39,515 bases of DNA, from positions 1 through 39,515 of the forward strand of contig DYNJ01000003.1 in assembly GCA_020721085.1 (NCBI GenBank), in the 5' to 3' direction. The DNA is from Sulfurovum sp. (GTDB taxonomy: Bacteria > Campylobacterota > Campylobacteria > Campylobacterales > Sulfurovaceae). The notes below the pieces were generated by a model. The model did no database searches and was not told where the DNA came from. It saw only the letters and a list, made by a program, of their open reading frames with translations. A program made the translations under genes and the position numbers. How positions within the stretch are numbered: the first letter of the stretch is position 1; every line of letters starts with the position of its first letter. This document shows, piece by piece, positions 1 to 9,774 of this stretch.

Positions 1-509
1 CCGATATGGTCTGTGCGTTCTGCATCACAAAGCGAATATCTGTATCCAATATCGATTTCAAAATTTTCAGCCACATCAAATGAGATCCCGCCTTGACCGC
101 CATACAGCAATCCATTCTCATCTATATTGGTTGATTCATAATTCATATAGCCCACATTCACTCCCAGATAAGGCTTGAATCTTTCATCAATGCTTTCTGT
201 CGAAGCCAATAAAAAGTAATCTATTGCTACTAGTCCCTTTTCATAGTTTTGATCATCATCGGTGTTGTCATAATAATCGAAGATTAATGTCGTTCTCCAT
301 TCATTATTTTGCGCACCTACACGCAAACCAAATTCAGCGCCCGTTGACTCATGCTCAGGCTCTCCGAAAAAGCCTCCATCCGTATCTGCCTGCAGCTCGG
401 CTGCGCCAACCTCTAAACCTATAAACTTCTCCCCGCTCGTAACATTTTCTGCATAAAGCGCACTTCCAAGTCCCATACACAAAAGTATAGTTACTGCTTT
501 TTTTATCAT
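1..509 (-). CDS. Outer-membrane beta-barrel protein (small porin/opacity-like fold), 3' end lies outside the window
   Basis: Absent from the ORF track because it runs off the edge. My own translation from the ATG at 507-509 gives MIKKAVTILLCMGLGSALYAENVTSGEKFIGLEVGAAELQADTDGGFFGEPEHESTGAEFGLRVGAQNNEWRTTLIFDYYDN..., and the frame stays open to base 1. It has a signal peptide, alternating beta-strand-like segments (GLRVG, LIFDYY, YLGVNVGY, IDIGYRY), and an AAGGAG SD 7 nt upstream of the ATG. Confidence 0.6.
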   Translation of the reverse strand, partial: MIKKAVTILLCMGLGSALYAENVTSGEKFIGLEVGAAELQADTDGGFFGEPEHESTGAEFGLRVGAQNNEWRTTLIFDYYDNTDDDQNYEKGLVAIDYFLLASTESIDERFKPYLGVNVGYMNYESTNIDENGLLYGGQGGISFDVAENFEIDIGYRYSLCDAERTDHI

Positions 510-542
510 TGTCAAACTCCTTGTCTCTGTAATAAATGATAC

Positions 543-619
543 ATTTGCAACTGCAAATATCACAATGATACCATATTTTCATATTTTTTAAAATTAAATT
601 GTAAAAAATATGAAAATAT
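543..619 (-). promoter_or_regulatory. Promoter/operator region of the OMP gene containing three palindromes and two candidate -10 boxes
   Basis: Palindromes: ATTTGCA-ac-TGCAAAT (543-558); TATCA-caa-TGATA (558-570); a perfect 18-bp inverted repeat ATATTTTCATATTTTTTA (573-590) / TAAAAAATATGAAAATAT (602-619) with an 11-nt spacer. On the minus strand there is TGgTATCAT (565-573, extended -10 like) and a second TATCAT at 536-541. Confidence 0.3.
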
Positions 620-678
620 TATTTGATTTCTGTCTTTTGTTGCAATACGAAGAAGTTTACTATATTTTGAGAAAGTTC

Positions 679-709
679 GAAACCCCAAAAAAGAGAGGTT
701 TCTTGGGGT
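679..709 (-). terminator. Candidate intrinsic terminator downstream of groEL
   Basis: ACCCCAA (682-688) pairs with TTGGGGT (703-709). Alternatively GAAACC (679-684) pairs with GGTTTC (697-702). In the minus sense the stem is followed by UUUCGAACUUUCUC. It lies 25 nt past the groEL stop. Confidence 0.4.
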
Positions 710-733
710 ATTAAGAAAAAAAAGGGGGGTGAA

Positions 734-2386
<1,653 letters not shown>

Positions 2387-2513
2387 TTAATCATTATCTC
2401 TAATTTAATATATTTTTGACTCCAAAACTTGTTTCGGAATGACCGGCCAACCGTCTCCCCCTAAATTTATTTCAGAGTCTAATTACAGATATTTCTCAGA
2501 AAGTTCAATTAGA

Positions 2514-2780
2514 TTACTCTACTATACCCAAAATGTCATCGCTCGCAAGGATCAGCAGCTCTTTGCCATCTAAGACGATCTCTGTGCCTGTAAATTTCCC
2601 GAAAACGACTATATCACCTTCACTGATGCCCTCTGCCGAGGCATCAACGCCCACTGCGATTACTTTGCCCTGCAAGGGCTTCTCTTTGGCACTATCAGGA
2701 ATGATGATACCCGATGCAGTAGTACGCACCTCTGCTTCTCGTTCGATCAATACTCTGTTTGCCAATGGTTTAAATGCCAT
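2514..2780 (-). CDS. groES: Co-chaperonin GroES (Hsp10)
   Basis: 88 aa. [17 protein letters not shown]...[29 protein letters not shown] upstream. Confidence 0.97.
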   Translation of the reverse strand: MAFKPLANRVLIEREAEVRTTASGIIIPDSAKEKPLQGKVIAVGVDASAEGISEGDIVVFGKFTGTEIVLDGKELLILASDDILGIVE

Positions 2781-2815
2781 TTATATCTCCTTTAAGGTAT
2801 TATTTATTTATGGTT

Positions 2816-2844
2816 ATTGTAGTGATTTTTTATCAAAAAGTCAA
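2816..2844 (-). promoter_or_regulatory. Sigma70-like promoter of groES-groEL
   Basis: On the minus strand: TTGACT (2839-2844), a 17-nt spacer, then TACAAT (2816-2821). This sits about 35 nt upstream of the groES ATG. Confidence 0.5.
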
Positions 2845-2947
2845 GAGTCTATTTAAAATAATTTAGAGATAGTGAGTCATATAGACTAAAGTATATTGTA
2901 ATAAATACTATAACATGGGGATATAGTTCATAATTTTCTCTTCACTA

Positions 2948-2977
2948 TTGACAAAAGGCCTATTGTTTAGATACAAT
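2948..2977 (+). promoter_or_regulatory. Sigma70-like promoter of the tRNA gene
   Basis: TTGACA (2948-2953), an 18-nt spacer, then TACAAT (2972-2977, within GATACAAT). The tRNA 5' end is 17 nt downstream. Confidence 0.45.
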
Positions 2978-2993
2978 TCCGACTCTTCAAAGT

Positions 2994-3070
2994 GGCAGGG
3001 TAGCTCAGCTGGTTAGAGCGCTGGTCTCATAAGCCGGAGGTCGGGGGTTCGAGTCCCCCCTCTGCTACCA
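2994..3070 (+). tRNA. tRNA with CAU anticodon (elongator tRNA-Met, or tRNA-Ile2 if lysidine-modified)
   Basis: Hand-folded cloverleaf: GGCAGGG-TA-GCTC-AGCTGGTTA-GAGC-G-CTGGT-CTCATAA-GCCGG-AGGTC-GGGGG-TTCGAGT-CCCCC-CTCTGCT-A-CCA. CCA is encoded. It is not an initiator: there is no C1xA72 mismatch and no three consecutive G-C pairs in the anticodon stem. The acceptor stem has G1-U72 and G6-U67 wobble pairs. Confidence 0.9.
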
Positions 3071-3097
3071 TTTCAAATATATCACAAAAACCACCGA

Positions 3098-4867
3098 TTA
3101 GCTTCTGATCAATACCTGAAACTCAAATGCATCAAGTGGCTTGCCAGGATAATACCCCTGCGCAAAGTCGCAGCCCAATTGTTTGACAGCATCAAGCTGA
3201 CTTTTTGTTTCGATGCCCTCCGCTAAAACAGTCATCCCCAAAGTGTGCCCCAAAGCATTGATCGCTTTGATCATCTCTTGATGGTCTTTGCTGGTATCAA
3301 TATACCCAAGTATGGAACGATCGACTTTGAGCATACTCACCGGCAATCCATGAAGATCTTTGATAGAAGATCCGCCTATTCCGAAACGATCCAGCGAAAG
3401 CGAAATACCTATCTTTTTAAGTATGGCAAACTCAACATTTGCCTTTTCAATATCATTTGTTACGTCTATTTCAGAAATTTCCAGATTGAAAAAACCCGGA
3501 TCAATCTGATTCATATTAAAAAGTTCTTCTAGCCTGATAGCAAAATGTGACATATTTAGCTCACGAGAAGAAAAATTTATTGAGATCCAAATATCTCTGA
3601 AATCAAATTTACTCCAAATTTTGCGCTGACGGATAGCTTCATGCAAAACAAAATCACCAATCTCCACGATCAAACCGCTTCTGGTGGCAAGACTGATAAA
3701 TTTATCCGGCTTGATCAAACCAAGCCTTGGGTGCTTCCAGCGCACCAATGCCTCGGCGCCCACCACGCTGCCAGTCGCAAGATCGATAATCGGCTGATAG
3801 TGAAGTATAAACTCTTTATGAGCTAGTCCTGTCCTGATCTCCGAGATTTTGATCGCATCAGTCTGCTGCTCCTTTTTTTGTTTGTCATTTGTGAAAATAC
3901 AGATAGACCCTTCGCCTTTTTCGCGCGCATATTCGAGTGCATTAAATGCACGGTCAATCAAATCATTGAAGTTGTGTCCGTGCTCAGGAAACAATACGAT
4001 CCCCACCGAGGCTTCAACACGAGCGTTGATATTGCTGTCAGAGTTGATCAAGCCGATAATCTCAGCAATTGTCTCTTCTCCTATCCTAATCGCTTCGACT
4101 CTATCTTTGATCCCCTGATATACCAAAATAAAGTTTTCACCATCAAAGCGATAAGCCAGATTTTGGGTAGATACATAGCCCTGCAGGATATGAGCAAATT
4201 TTTGTAAAATCTTATCAGCACCTATATGTCCGTATGTTGACCTAATAATATCAAAACGGTCAATACTAAACAGATACAGGGCAAATGGTCCTGGCTGCTT
4301 TTGCGAGGCAAGGATAAACTTATTGATATCCTCATAAGCCTTGGAGTAGCCGGAAAGCTCGGTAAGCTCGTCTATCTTCTCTTTATTTTTTCTTTCAAAA
4401 TCCTCTTTGGCCTTTATATTTATATCTTGGATCACACATACAATAAGGTCTTTACTCTCTTCAGACTTATCAATATAAATATTGACGCTATGCGTAGTAT
4501 CTCCAACCGTGAGCGCTATGTTTTCGACATGGATGGTTTCTGCTGTAATTTTGTTCTGTTTTTCTATCATTTCAAAGATCGTTTGTGCATATGAATTGCC
4601 TGTTTGCAAAATTATCTCTTTAGGAAGAGGTTTATGCCTATAATGTATTTCCAGTTGCAGCAGTTTTCTTGCTGCTTTGTTGGCAAAATAGACCTCATTG
4701 TTTTTTGAGAAGATAACAATAGCATCATCGCTGTACTCATTGGCATTTTTCAAAAGACTTGCTTCACACTTTAAAACATCGATTTTTTTATGATATATTT
4801 TTGTTTGCCATATAGCAAACAAAATGAAGATTGCGATCATCGCCAAAAAACAAAGAAACATTCCCAT
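3098..4867 (-). CDS. Membrane-anchored PAS-GGDEF(degenerate)-EAL protein (c-di-GMP signalling)
   Basis: 589 aa. N-terminal TM helix; PAS-like DDAIVIFSKNNEVYFANKAARKLL. The GGDEF position reads RFDGENF and the I-site RxxD position reads STQN. EAL domain: QPIIDL...GAEALVRW, INFS, EISE, KVD, EGIE, QGY, but LDRFGIGGSS where DDFGTGYSS is expected. Confidence 0.9.
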   Translation of the reverse strand: MGMFLCFLAMIAIFILFAIWQTKIYHKKIDVLKCEASLLKNANEYSDDAIVIFSKNNEVYFANKAARKLLQLEIHYRHKPLPKEIILQTGNSYAQTIFEMIEKQNKITAETIHVENIALTVGDTTHSVNIYIDKSEESKDLIVCVIQDINIKAKEDFERKNKEKIDELTELSGYSKAYEDINKFILASQKQPGPFALYLFSIDRFDIIRSTYGHIGADKILQKFAHILQGYVSTQNLAYRFDGENFILVYQGIKDRVEAIRIGEETIAEIIGLINSDSNINARVEASVGIVLFPEHGHNFNDLIDRAFNALEYAREKGEGSICIFTNDKQKKEQQTDAIKISEIRTGLAHKEFILHYQPIIDLATGSVVGAEALVRWKHPRLGLIKPDKFISLATRSGLIVEIGDFVLHEAIRQRKIWSKFDFRDIWISINFSSRELNMSHFAIRLEELFNMNQIDPGFFNLEISEIDVTNDIEKANVEFAILKKIGISLSLDRFGIGGSSIKDLHGLPVSMLKVDRSILGYIDTSKDHQEMIKAINALGHTLGMTVLAEGIETKSQLDAVKQLGCDFAQGYYPGKPLDAFEFQVLIRS

Positions 4868-6675
4868 TATAATCTCCCGGTTACTAAACTTTTTTCATTT
4901 CGAATCAATTCTTGAAATTCAAATACAGGTAAAGGTTTAGCGATAAGATACCCCTGCACAAAATCACATCCATACTCTTTAAGAAGGGCATATGTCTCCT
5001 TATCCTCAACACCTTCTGCCGTAACCGTAAGGTCTAGATTGTGGCCGAGCGAGATCATTGCTTTAACGATCTGTTGATGATCTTGATTGCGTACCAAATC
5101 TAAGATAAATATACGGTCGATTTTCAGCGTATCCAAAGAAAAGTCTTTAAGGTAAGCAAAAGAGGAGTAGCCTGTTCCGAAATCATCCAATGACAACTCT
5201 ACTCCTAAGTTCTTGAGGCTCAAAAACTCAGATTTTGCCTTCTCGGCATTGCTCATAGCAAGATTTTCCGTTATTTCAAATTTGATTGAAGAGGGATTGA
5301 TTTGATATTTTTTGAGCATATCAGCGATATAGAATACGATATCCGCAGTTTCTATCTCGCGCAAAGAGAGATTGATAGAGACCTGGATAGGATTGAACCT
5401 AAAGGTTTCCCACCGTTTTTGCTGTCTGATCGCCTCTTCTATGATAAAGTTTCCTAACTCAATGATAAAACCGGTTTTTTCAGCAATAGGTATGAACTCT
5501 ATCGGAGGAATCAACCCACGCGACGGATGCCTCCATCTGATCAAAGCCTCCGCACCGGTGATCTGATCCTTTTGAACATCAACAATAGGCTGATAAAAAA
5601 GCACAAACTCATTGTTAGCGATCGCACCATGCATTTCATTGAGGATTTCAAGCACATGCTTTGTACTCTTTGCGGAATATACATCTCGAGCAAAGACCAA
5701 TAAGCCATCCCCTTTTTTTTTGGCTTCAGCTATCGCCTTATAGGTGTTGTCGATCAAAACCTCAGTACTGCTCCCGCACTTGGGGAAGAAACTAACGCCG
5801 GTTGAAAATGTCAAACGCATGTGTGTATTGGTAAAATCAAGTATAGCATTTGTATTTTTTTCAACTGCTTTGACAATTTTGATAATCTCATCCGCCATAT
5901 GTACATCAGAAGCTATCATCACAAAATCATTGGATTGCACATGATATAAAGCACAATTCATCTCTTTAGCGCTCTGTTTTAGTCCTTCAGAGAGTCTATT
6001 TAAAAGTGTTTCGACCTTTACATGACCGAAAGCAGCTATTATAGTGCTCAAATTATCCAACGAAAGCAGAATCAAAGCAAATGTCCTATTTTGATCTTGC
6101 ATGCGGGTGATTAAAATACTCATATCTTCAATCATCTTGTATTGATTTGGAAGATTGGACACCATATCCTTCTGTTTTCTTTGTGAGGCAACTATATCAT
6201 GTGTCAGATCTCCGATATCTATGATCTTATAATTGACTGTTTTACCCTTATTGTTGACAGGAAAAGAGCTCAAGAAAATTCTAACAGGAGTCTCTTTGTT
6301 GTCTATGATCAAGTCGGCACTGATTGAAAATTCACTCTCTTCGTTCTTGCGATAGAGAAATTTAGAGACCAATGTTTCAATATTTATCTGCTCGCTACTC
6401 TTGAGCTTAAAGACTTTGGCATGAACCAGATCATCTTTATTGAATACAGGTTTTAGTTTCAAAAGTCTCTGAAAAGCGGTATTGAAAAAAACGATCTCGC
6501 CCGCATCGGACAAGATGATAATTCCATCTTTATGCGCTTCTACTGATTTTTGAAAAATAGTCAATTTGGCAGTTATTTGTTCTGTGTTTTGTATTTTTGA
6601 GAATAGTTTATAGTACCAAGCTGCAAACATGGCTAAACCGATTACTACTACACAAAACGATATAATATATACCAT
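4867..6675 (-). CDS. Membrane-anchored PAS-GGDEF(degenerate)-EAL protein, likely an active phosphodiesterase
   Basis: The track ORF starts at a TTG at 6678; the adjacent ATG at 6675 is more likely. N-terminal TM helix; PAS-like HKDGIIILSDAGEIVFFNTAFQRLL. The GGDEF position reads VQSNDFV. The EAL motif set is complete (EALIRW, INLS, EITE, DDFGTGYSS, KID, EGVE, QGY). Its stop overlaps the downstream paralog's ATG (TAATG). Confidence 0.9.
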   Translation of the reverse strand: MVYIISFCVVVIGLAMFAAWYYKLFSKIQNTEQITAKLTIFQKSVEAHKDGIIILSDAGEIVFFNTAFQRLLKLKPVFNKDDLVHAKVFKLKSSEQINIETLVSKFLYRKNEESEFSISADLIIDNKETPVRIFLSSFPVNNKGKTVNYKIIDIGDLTHDIVASQRKQKDMVSNLPNQYKMIEDMSILITRMQDQNRTFALILLSLDNLSTIIAAFGHVKVETLLNRLSEGLKQSAKEMNCALYHVQSNDFVMIASDVHMADEIIKIVKAVEKNTNAILDFTNTHMRLTFSTGVSFFPKCGSSTEVLIDNTYKAIAEAKKKGDGLLVFARDVYSAKSTKHVLEILNEMHGAIANNEFVLFYQPIVDVQKDQITGAEALIRWRHPSRGLIPPIEFIPIAEKTGFIIELGNFIIEEAIRQQKRWETFRFNPIQVSINLSLREIETADIVFYIADMLKKYQINPSSIKFEITENLAMSNAEKAKSEFLSLKNLGVELSLDDFGTGYSSFAYLKDFSLDTLKIDRIFILDLVRNQDHQQIVKAMISLGHNLDLTVTAEGVEDKETYALLKEYGCDFVQGYLIAKPLPVFEFQELIRNEKSLVTGRL

Positions 6676-6708
6676 CAACCTGCCTTCATCTTAGTTTATG
6701 TTGGCTAT

Positions 6709-6716
6709 ATTGTATC
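6709..6716 (-). promoter_or_regulatory. Candidate -10 element for the GGDEF-EAL pair
   Basis: Minus strand GATACAAT about 31 nt upstream of the ATG. The same 8-mer occurs at the tRNA and response-regulator promoters. Confidence 0.3.
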
Positions 6717-6737
6717 TATTAAAATTAAAAAGATTGA

Positions 6738-7991
6738 TTAATGTTTTATTTTATCGGTGCATAATGCTTTGATTTTTGTCGTTGCGTCTTCCAATATGAT
6801 CTGGTCGCCCAAATCAACCATCTCCAGCCCCACATTCTTGCCGTTGATATAGATCTTTGCCCACCCCTCTTTGAGACCATTTTTCGGATTGGACAAAAGA
6901 TAGCGCTGCTCAAGCGCGAGTCTTTGTTTTGACTTTTGATCCCACACCATACCTGTCTGTTGTTGCAAAGCTCGCTGCATAGGCAATATTTCGGAAGCAA
7001 AACGGGCCAACACATAGTGCATAACCCTTCGATACTCCTCTTCTGTGCGCACAAATGTCTCTTGAAATTGTCTAAGCATATGGTCCAAAGAAAAACGCCC
7101 AAGCTCCTCGCTTCGATGTTTCAGGACTATCTCTTTTTGGTACAGTATCTGTCTTAACGCATCTGCAAGGCGTCCCAAAAGCTCATCGAGAGCCAATAAC
7201 AACTCATCTTTGTCCGGCAGCAGCATCTGCATCGCAGCACTCGGAGTCGGGGCGCGCATATCTGCAGCATAATCGCTGATGACCCAGTCGATCTCATGCC
7301 CTACCGCCGAAACAACGGGTGTTTTCATCTCAAAAATTGCGTCAGCTACAATCTCTTCGTTGAACGGCCACAGATCTTCGATACTTCCGCCTCCCCGTCC
7401 TACAACTACGGCATCAACACGCAATGTATCGGCATGTTTCAATGCCTGTACAATCTGAGTAGCCGCGCCGGAGCCCTGCACCGACACATCGAGGACAATC
7501 AGCTTTACAAGCGGCCAGCGGCTTGCAGCAACCCTCTGCATATCCTGCAACGCCGCGCTTGTTGCCGAGGTAACCAAAACAATAACCTGCGGAAATTTGG
7601 GAAATGGTTTTTTTCGTGCAGGGTCGAAATATCCTTTATGTTCCAGCTTTTGCTTGAGCTGCCCGAACGCCACCGACAAAGCCCCCGTGCCAAACGGCTC
7701 TGCGCTAACTACATTGATCTGATACTCGCCGCGAGGCTTGTATAGCGACAGTGCCCCATGCAAGACGACATGCGCCCCCTCTTCCAGAGAAAACTTCAGC
7801 CGTGCCGCGTTGCCCTTAAACATCACACATTTGATAGAGGAGTCTGCATCTTTGAGGATGAAATAGATGTGCCCACTGCCGTGTTTGGTCACTCGTGAAA
7901 GCTCCCCTTCGACACTCACAAATTCAAATGTCGCTTCAAGGAGAGTTTTGATCTGCTCGTTTAAACCAGAAACCGTGAGAGCGGAAGCCAC
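6738..7991 (-). CDS. xseA: Exodeoxyribonuclease VII large subunit
   Basis: 417 aa with a GTG start. N-terminal OB-fold signature VSVEGELSRVTKHGSGHIYFILKD, then VVGRGGGSIEDLWPFNEE. Confidence 0.93.
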   Translation of the reverse strand: MASALTVSGLNEQIKTLLEATFEFVSVEGELSRVTKHGSGHIYFILKDADSSIKCVMFKGNAARLKFSLEEGAHVVLHGALSLYKPRGEYQINVVSAEPFGTGALSVAFGQLKQKLEHKGYFDPARKKPFPKFPQVIVLVTSATSAALQDMQRVAASRWPLVKLIVLDVSVQGSGAATQIVQALKHADTLRVDAVVVGRGGGSIEDLWPFNEEIVADAIFEMKTPVVSAVGHEIDWVISDYAADMRAPTPSAAMQMLLPDKDELLLALDELLGRLADALRQILYQKEIVLKHRSEELGRFSLDHMLRQFQETFVRTEEEYRRVMHYVLARFASEILPMQRALQQQTGMVWDQKSKQRLALEQRYLLSNPKNGLKEGWAKIYINGKNVGLEMVDLGDQIILEDATTKIKALCTDKIKH

Positions 7992-7995
7992 AAGA

Positions 7996-8703
7996 CTACT
8001 TTTTTCGTGCGATCATCAATGTAGATATATCCATTGAGAAGCTTTGGGTATAGAGCATATCAAATCCGGCATCTTCAAGCTCTTGCTGCATTTTGCCTAT
8101 CGTCAAAAATCCTTCAATGGAGTCAGGGAGATAACGGTATGCTTCATAATTGTTCGAGATCAATCCGCCAAGCCACGGAAGGATAGTATTCATATACCAA
8201 TCCCGTACTTTACCCAGAGTTGAGGGGTTTTCATTTTTCATAAACTCGAGAATGACAACCAAGCCGCCTGTTTTGAGGACTCGATTAAACTCAGCCAGTG
8301 CAGCCTGACGCTCCATCACATTACGGATACCGTATGAAATACTGATGATATCCGCCGAAGCATCATCTCTGGGCAGCTTAGTCGCCGGTGCGATATAAAA
8401 ATCAAATTTTGGAAATTTCTCCCGTCCTACGCCTACCATTCCCTCGCTTGGATCAACTCCAACGATCTCATCGAAAGCTATTTTATTTTCATCCGCCACC
8501 TTTTTCCAATACCCCATCATATCACCGGTACCGCACGCGACATCAACGATCGAAAGCCGATTTTTGCCGTAATACCCAAAGGCTTTATTACACGCCTTTT
8601 TTCTCCAAACTATATCAACACCCATCGAGAGGACTCTGTTTGCTCTGTCGTATGTCGGCGCAATATCATCGAACATCGATATAATTCTATCTTGTTTGGT
8701 CAT
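7996..8703 (-). CDS. ubiE: Demethylmenaquinone/ubiquinone C-methyltransferase (UbiE/MenG family)
   Basis: 235 aa. FDDIAPTYDRANRVLSMG; SAM motif VDVACGTGD; SYGIRNV. Confidence 0.9.
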   Translation of the reverse strand: MTKQDRIISMFDDIAPTYDRANRVLSMGVDIVWRKKACNKAFGYYGKNRLSIVDVACGTGDMMGYWKKVADENKIAFDEIVGVDPSEGMVGVGREKFPKFDFYIAPATKLPRDDASADIISISYGIRNVMERQAALAEFNRVLKTGGLVVILEFMKNENPSTLGKVRDWYMNTILPWLGGLISNNYEAYRYLPDSIEGFLTIGKMQQELEDAGFDMLYTQSFSMDISTLMIARKK

Positions 8704-9758
8704 ACAAATTCCTGTTTTCTTTTCATCCAGAGGACAATATCTTTATCTATTTTAGCGTGCATTACCTCAAAATCCTCTTTTATCGACCCCATGCTCACAC
8801 AGCCTCCTCCGACTTCCGGGGCGATGTAGCATATATACCAGTCGCACACATCACGGGTCGCTTCCAGCATGGACGGACCGCCCTCCACCATCACCAGGCG
8901 ATACTCTTTGATTTTTTCCAGACAAGAGGCGACAAAAACATTACGATTTGGGATAGTAAACAGAGAGATAGAACGATCAAAATCATCCTTGCCGGAATAG
9001 ATCAGCACATCAGGAACTTTGCCGCCTACAAGCCGCGCATCGAGCGTGGGGCGATCGGTGCGAACCGTATTGCCGCCAACTACTATCAGATCGCAAACAC
9101 TTCTAAGCGCATGGACATGTACGCGTGAGGAGTATGAACTGATCGTTCCTTTATCAACTGTGCCATCGAGCCTTTGTGCCCATTTGAAAAAAACAAACGG
9201 CTCTTTTTGCCAGTGCCCAAACGGCTCCAAGAGCCTCCTTCCCTCCTCTTCCATTACGCCAAAAGTACACTTGACCCCTGCGTCCTGTACTGTCTTTGCT
9301 CCATTGGCTGCGACAGGGTTTGGATCTTTGACACTGATAAATAGCTCTTTTATCCTTAACTCCCGAATCAAGAGTGCACATGAGGGCGTTTTGCCGCTAT
9401 GAGAACACGGTTCGAGTGTCACTGCCATAGAAACGGCATGAAACAGTCCGCTATGATGCTTTTTGAGGTAATCGTGTATTTGCCGGGCGTCATCCGAAGT
9501 TGCAATCGACACATCGCCCGAGAGAAGCGTATAGGCATCACGCAACGCATACACCTCTGCGTGAGGACCGCCGGCACATTTATGCGCACCGACAGAGAGT
9601 ATTTCGCCTGATTTGCCGATACATACAGCGCCCACGGCAGGATTCGGATATGTCAAAAGCTGATATTCCCACGCTTTGTCAAGTGCGAGTTGCATATAGA
9701 CCGCATCCAAATCCACCGATCCCCCCTTTGAAGCGAAGTCAACACAATCAAAGAACAC
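8700..9758 (-). CDS. ribD: Bifunctional riboflavin biosynthesis protein RibD (deaminase/reductase)
   Basis: 352 aa. Zinc deaminase motifs HAEVYAL and EPCSHSGKTPSC; C-terminal reductase domain. 4-nt overlap with ubiE. The exact start is uncertain. Confidence 0.92.
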   Translation of the reverse strand: MFFDCVDFASKGGSVDLDAVYMQLALDKAWEYQLLTYPNPAVGAVCIGKSGEILSVGAHKCAGGPHAEVYALRDAYTLLSGDVSIATSDDARQIHDYLKKHHSGLFHAVSMAVTLEPCSHSGKTPSCALLIRELRIKELFISVKDPNPVAANGAKTVQDAGVKCTFGVMEEEGRRLLEPFGHWQKEPFVFFKWAQRLDGTVDKGTISSYSSRVHVHALRSVCDLIVVGGNTVRTDRPTLDARLVGGKVPDVLIYSGKDDFDRSISLFTIPNRNVFVASCLEKIKEYRLVMVEGGPSMLEATRDVCDWYICYIAPEVGGGCVSMGSIKEDFEVMHAKIDKDIVLWMKRKQEFV

Positions 9759-9774
9759 ATTTGGTATTCAACCG

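Noticed and set aside
224-582. Track ORFs 224-424 (+) and 355-582 (-) at the left edge.
   Set aside because: Both overlap, in other frames or strands, the better-supported edge-truncated OMP gene (1-509, -), which has an SD, a signal peptide and a beta-barrel pattern.
716-729. An A8G6 homopolymer run just after the groEL stop, and an A9 run (T9 on the plus strand, 5713-5721) inside the first GGDEF-EAL gene, considered as phase-variation tracts.
   Set aside because: The first is intergenic and its G-run is short. The second simply encodes KKK in an AT-rich gene. Neither reaches the length typical of contingency loci, and the reading frames are intact.
2781-2993. TTAG...CTAA spaced 27 nt apart (about 2863-2889), which superficially resembles the length of a CIRCE element.
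   Set aside because: The arms TTAGAGATA and ATAGACTAA are not reverse complements beyond the terminal 4 nt, so this is not a CIRCE operator.
2994-6737. A possible genomic islet: AT-rich GGDEF-EAL genes immediately 3' of a tRNA gene.
   Set aside because: There is no integrase or other mobility gene. I could see no direct repeat of the tRNA 3' end near 6679-6737. Sensor and membrane genes are often AT-richer than core genes. My GC figures are rough hand counts only.
6746-7102. A 118-aa minus-strand ORF in an alternative frame within xseA.
   Set aside because: It is fully nested in xseA, has C/W/R-rich composition and no SD, so it is a frame artefact.
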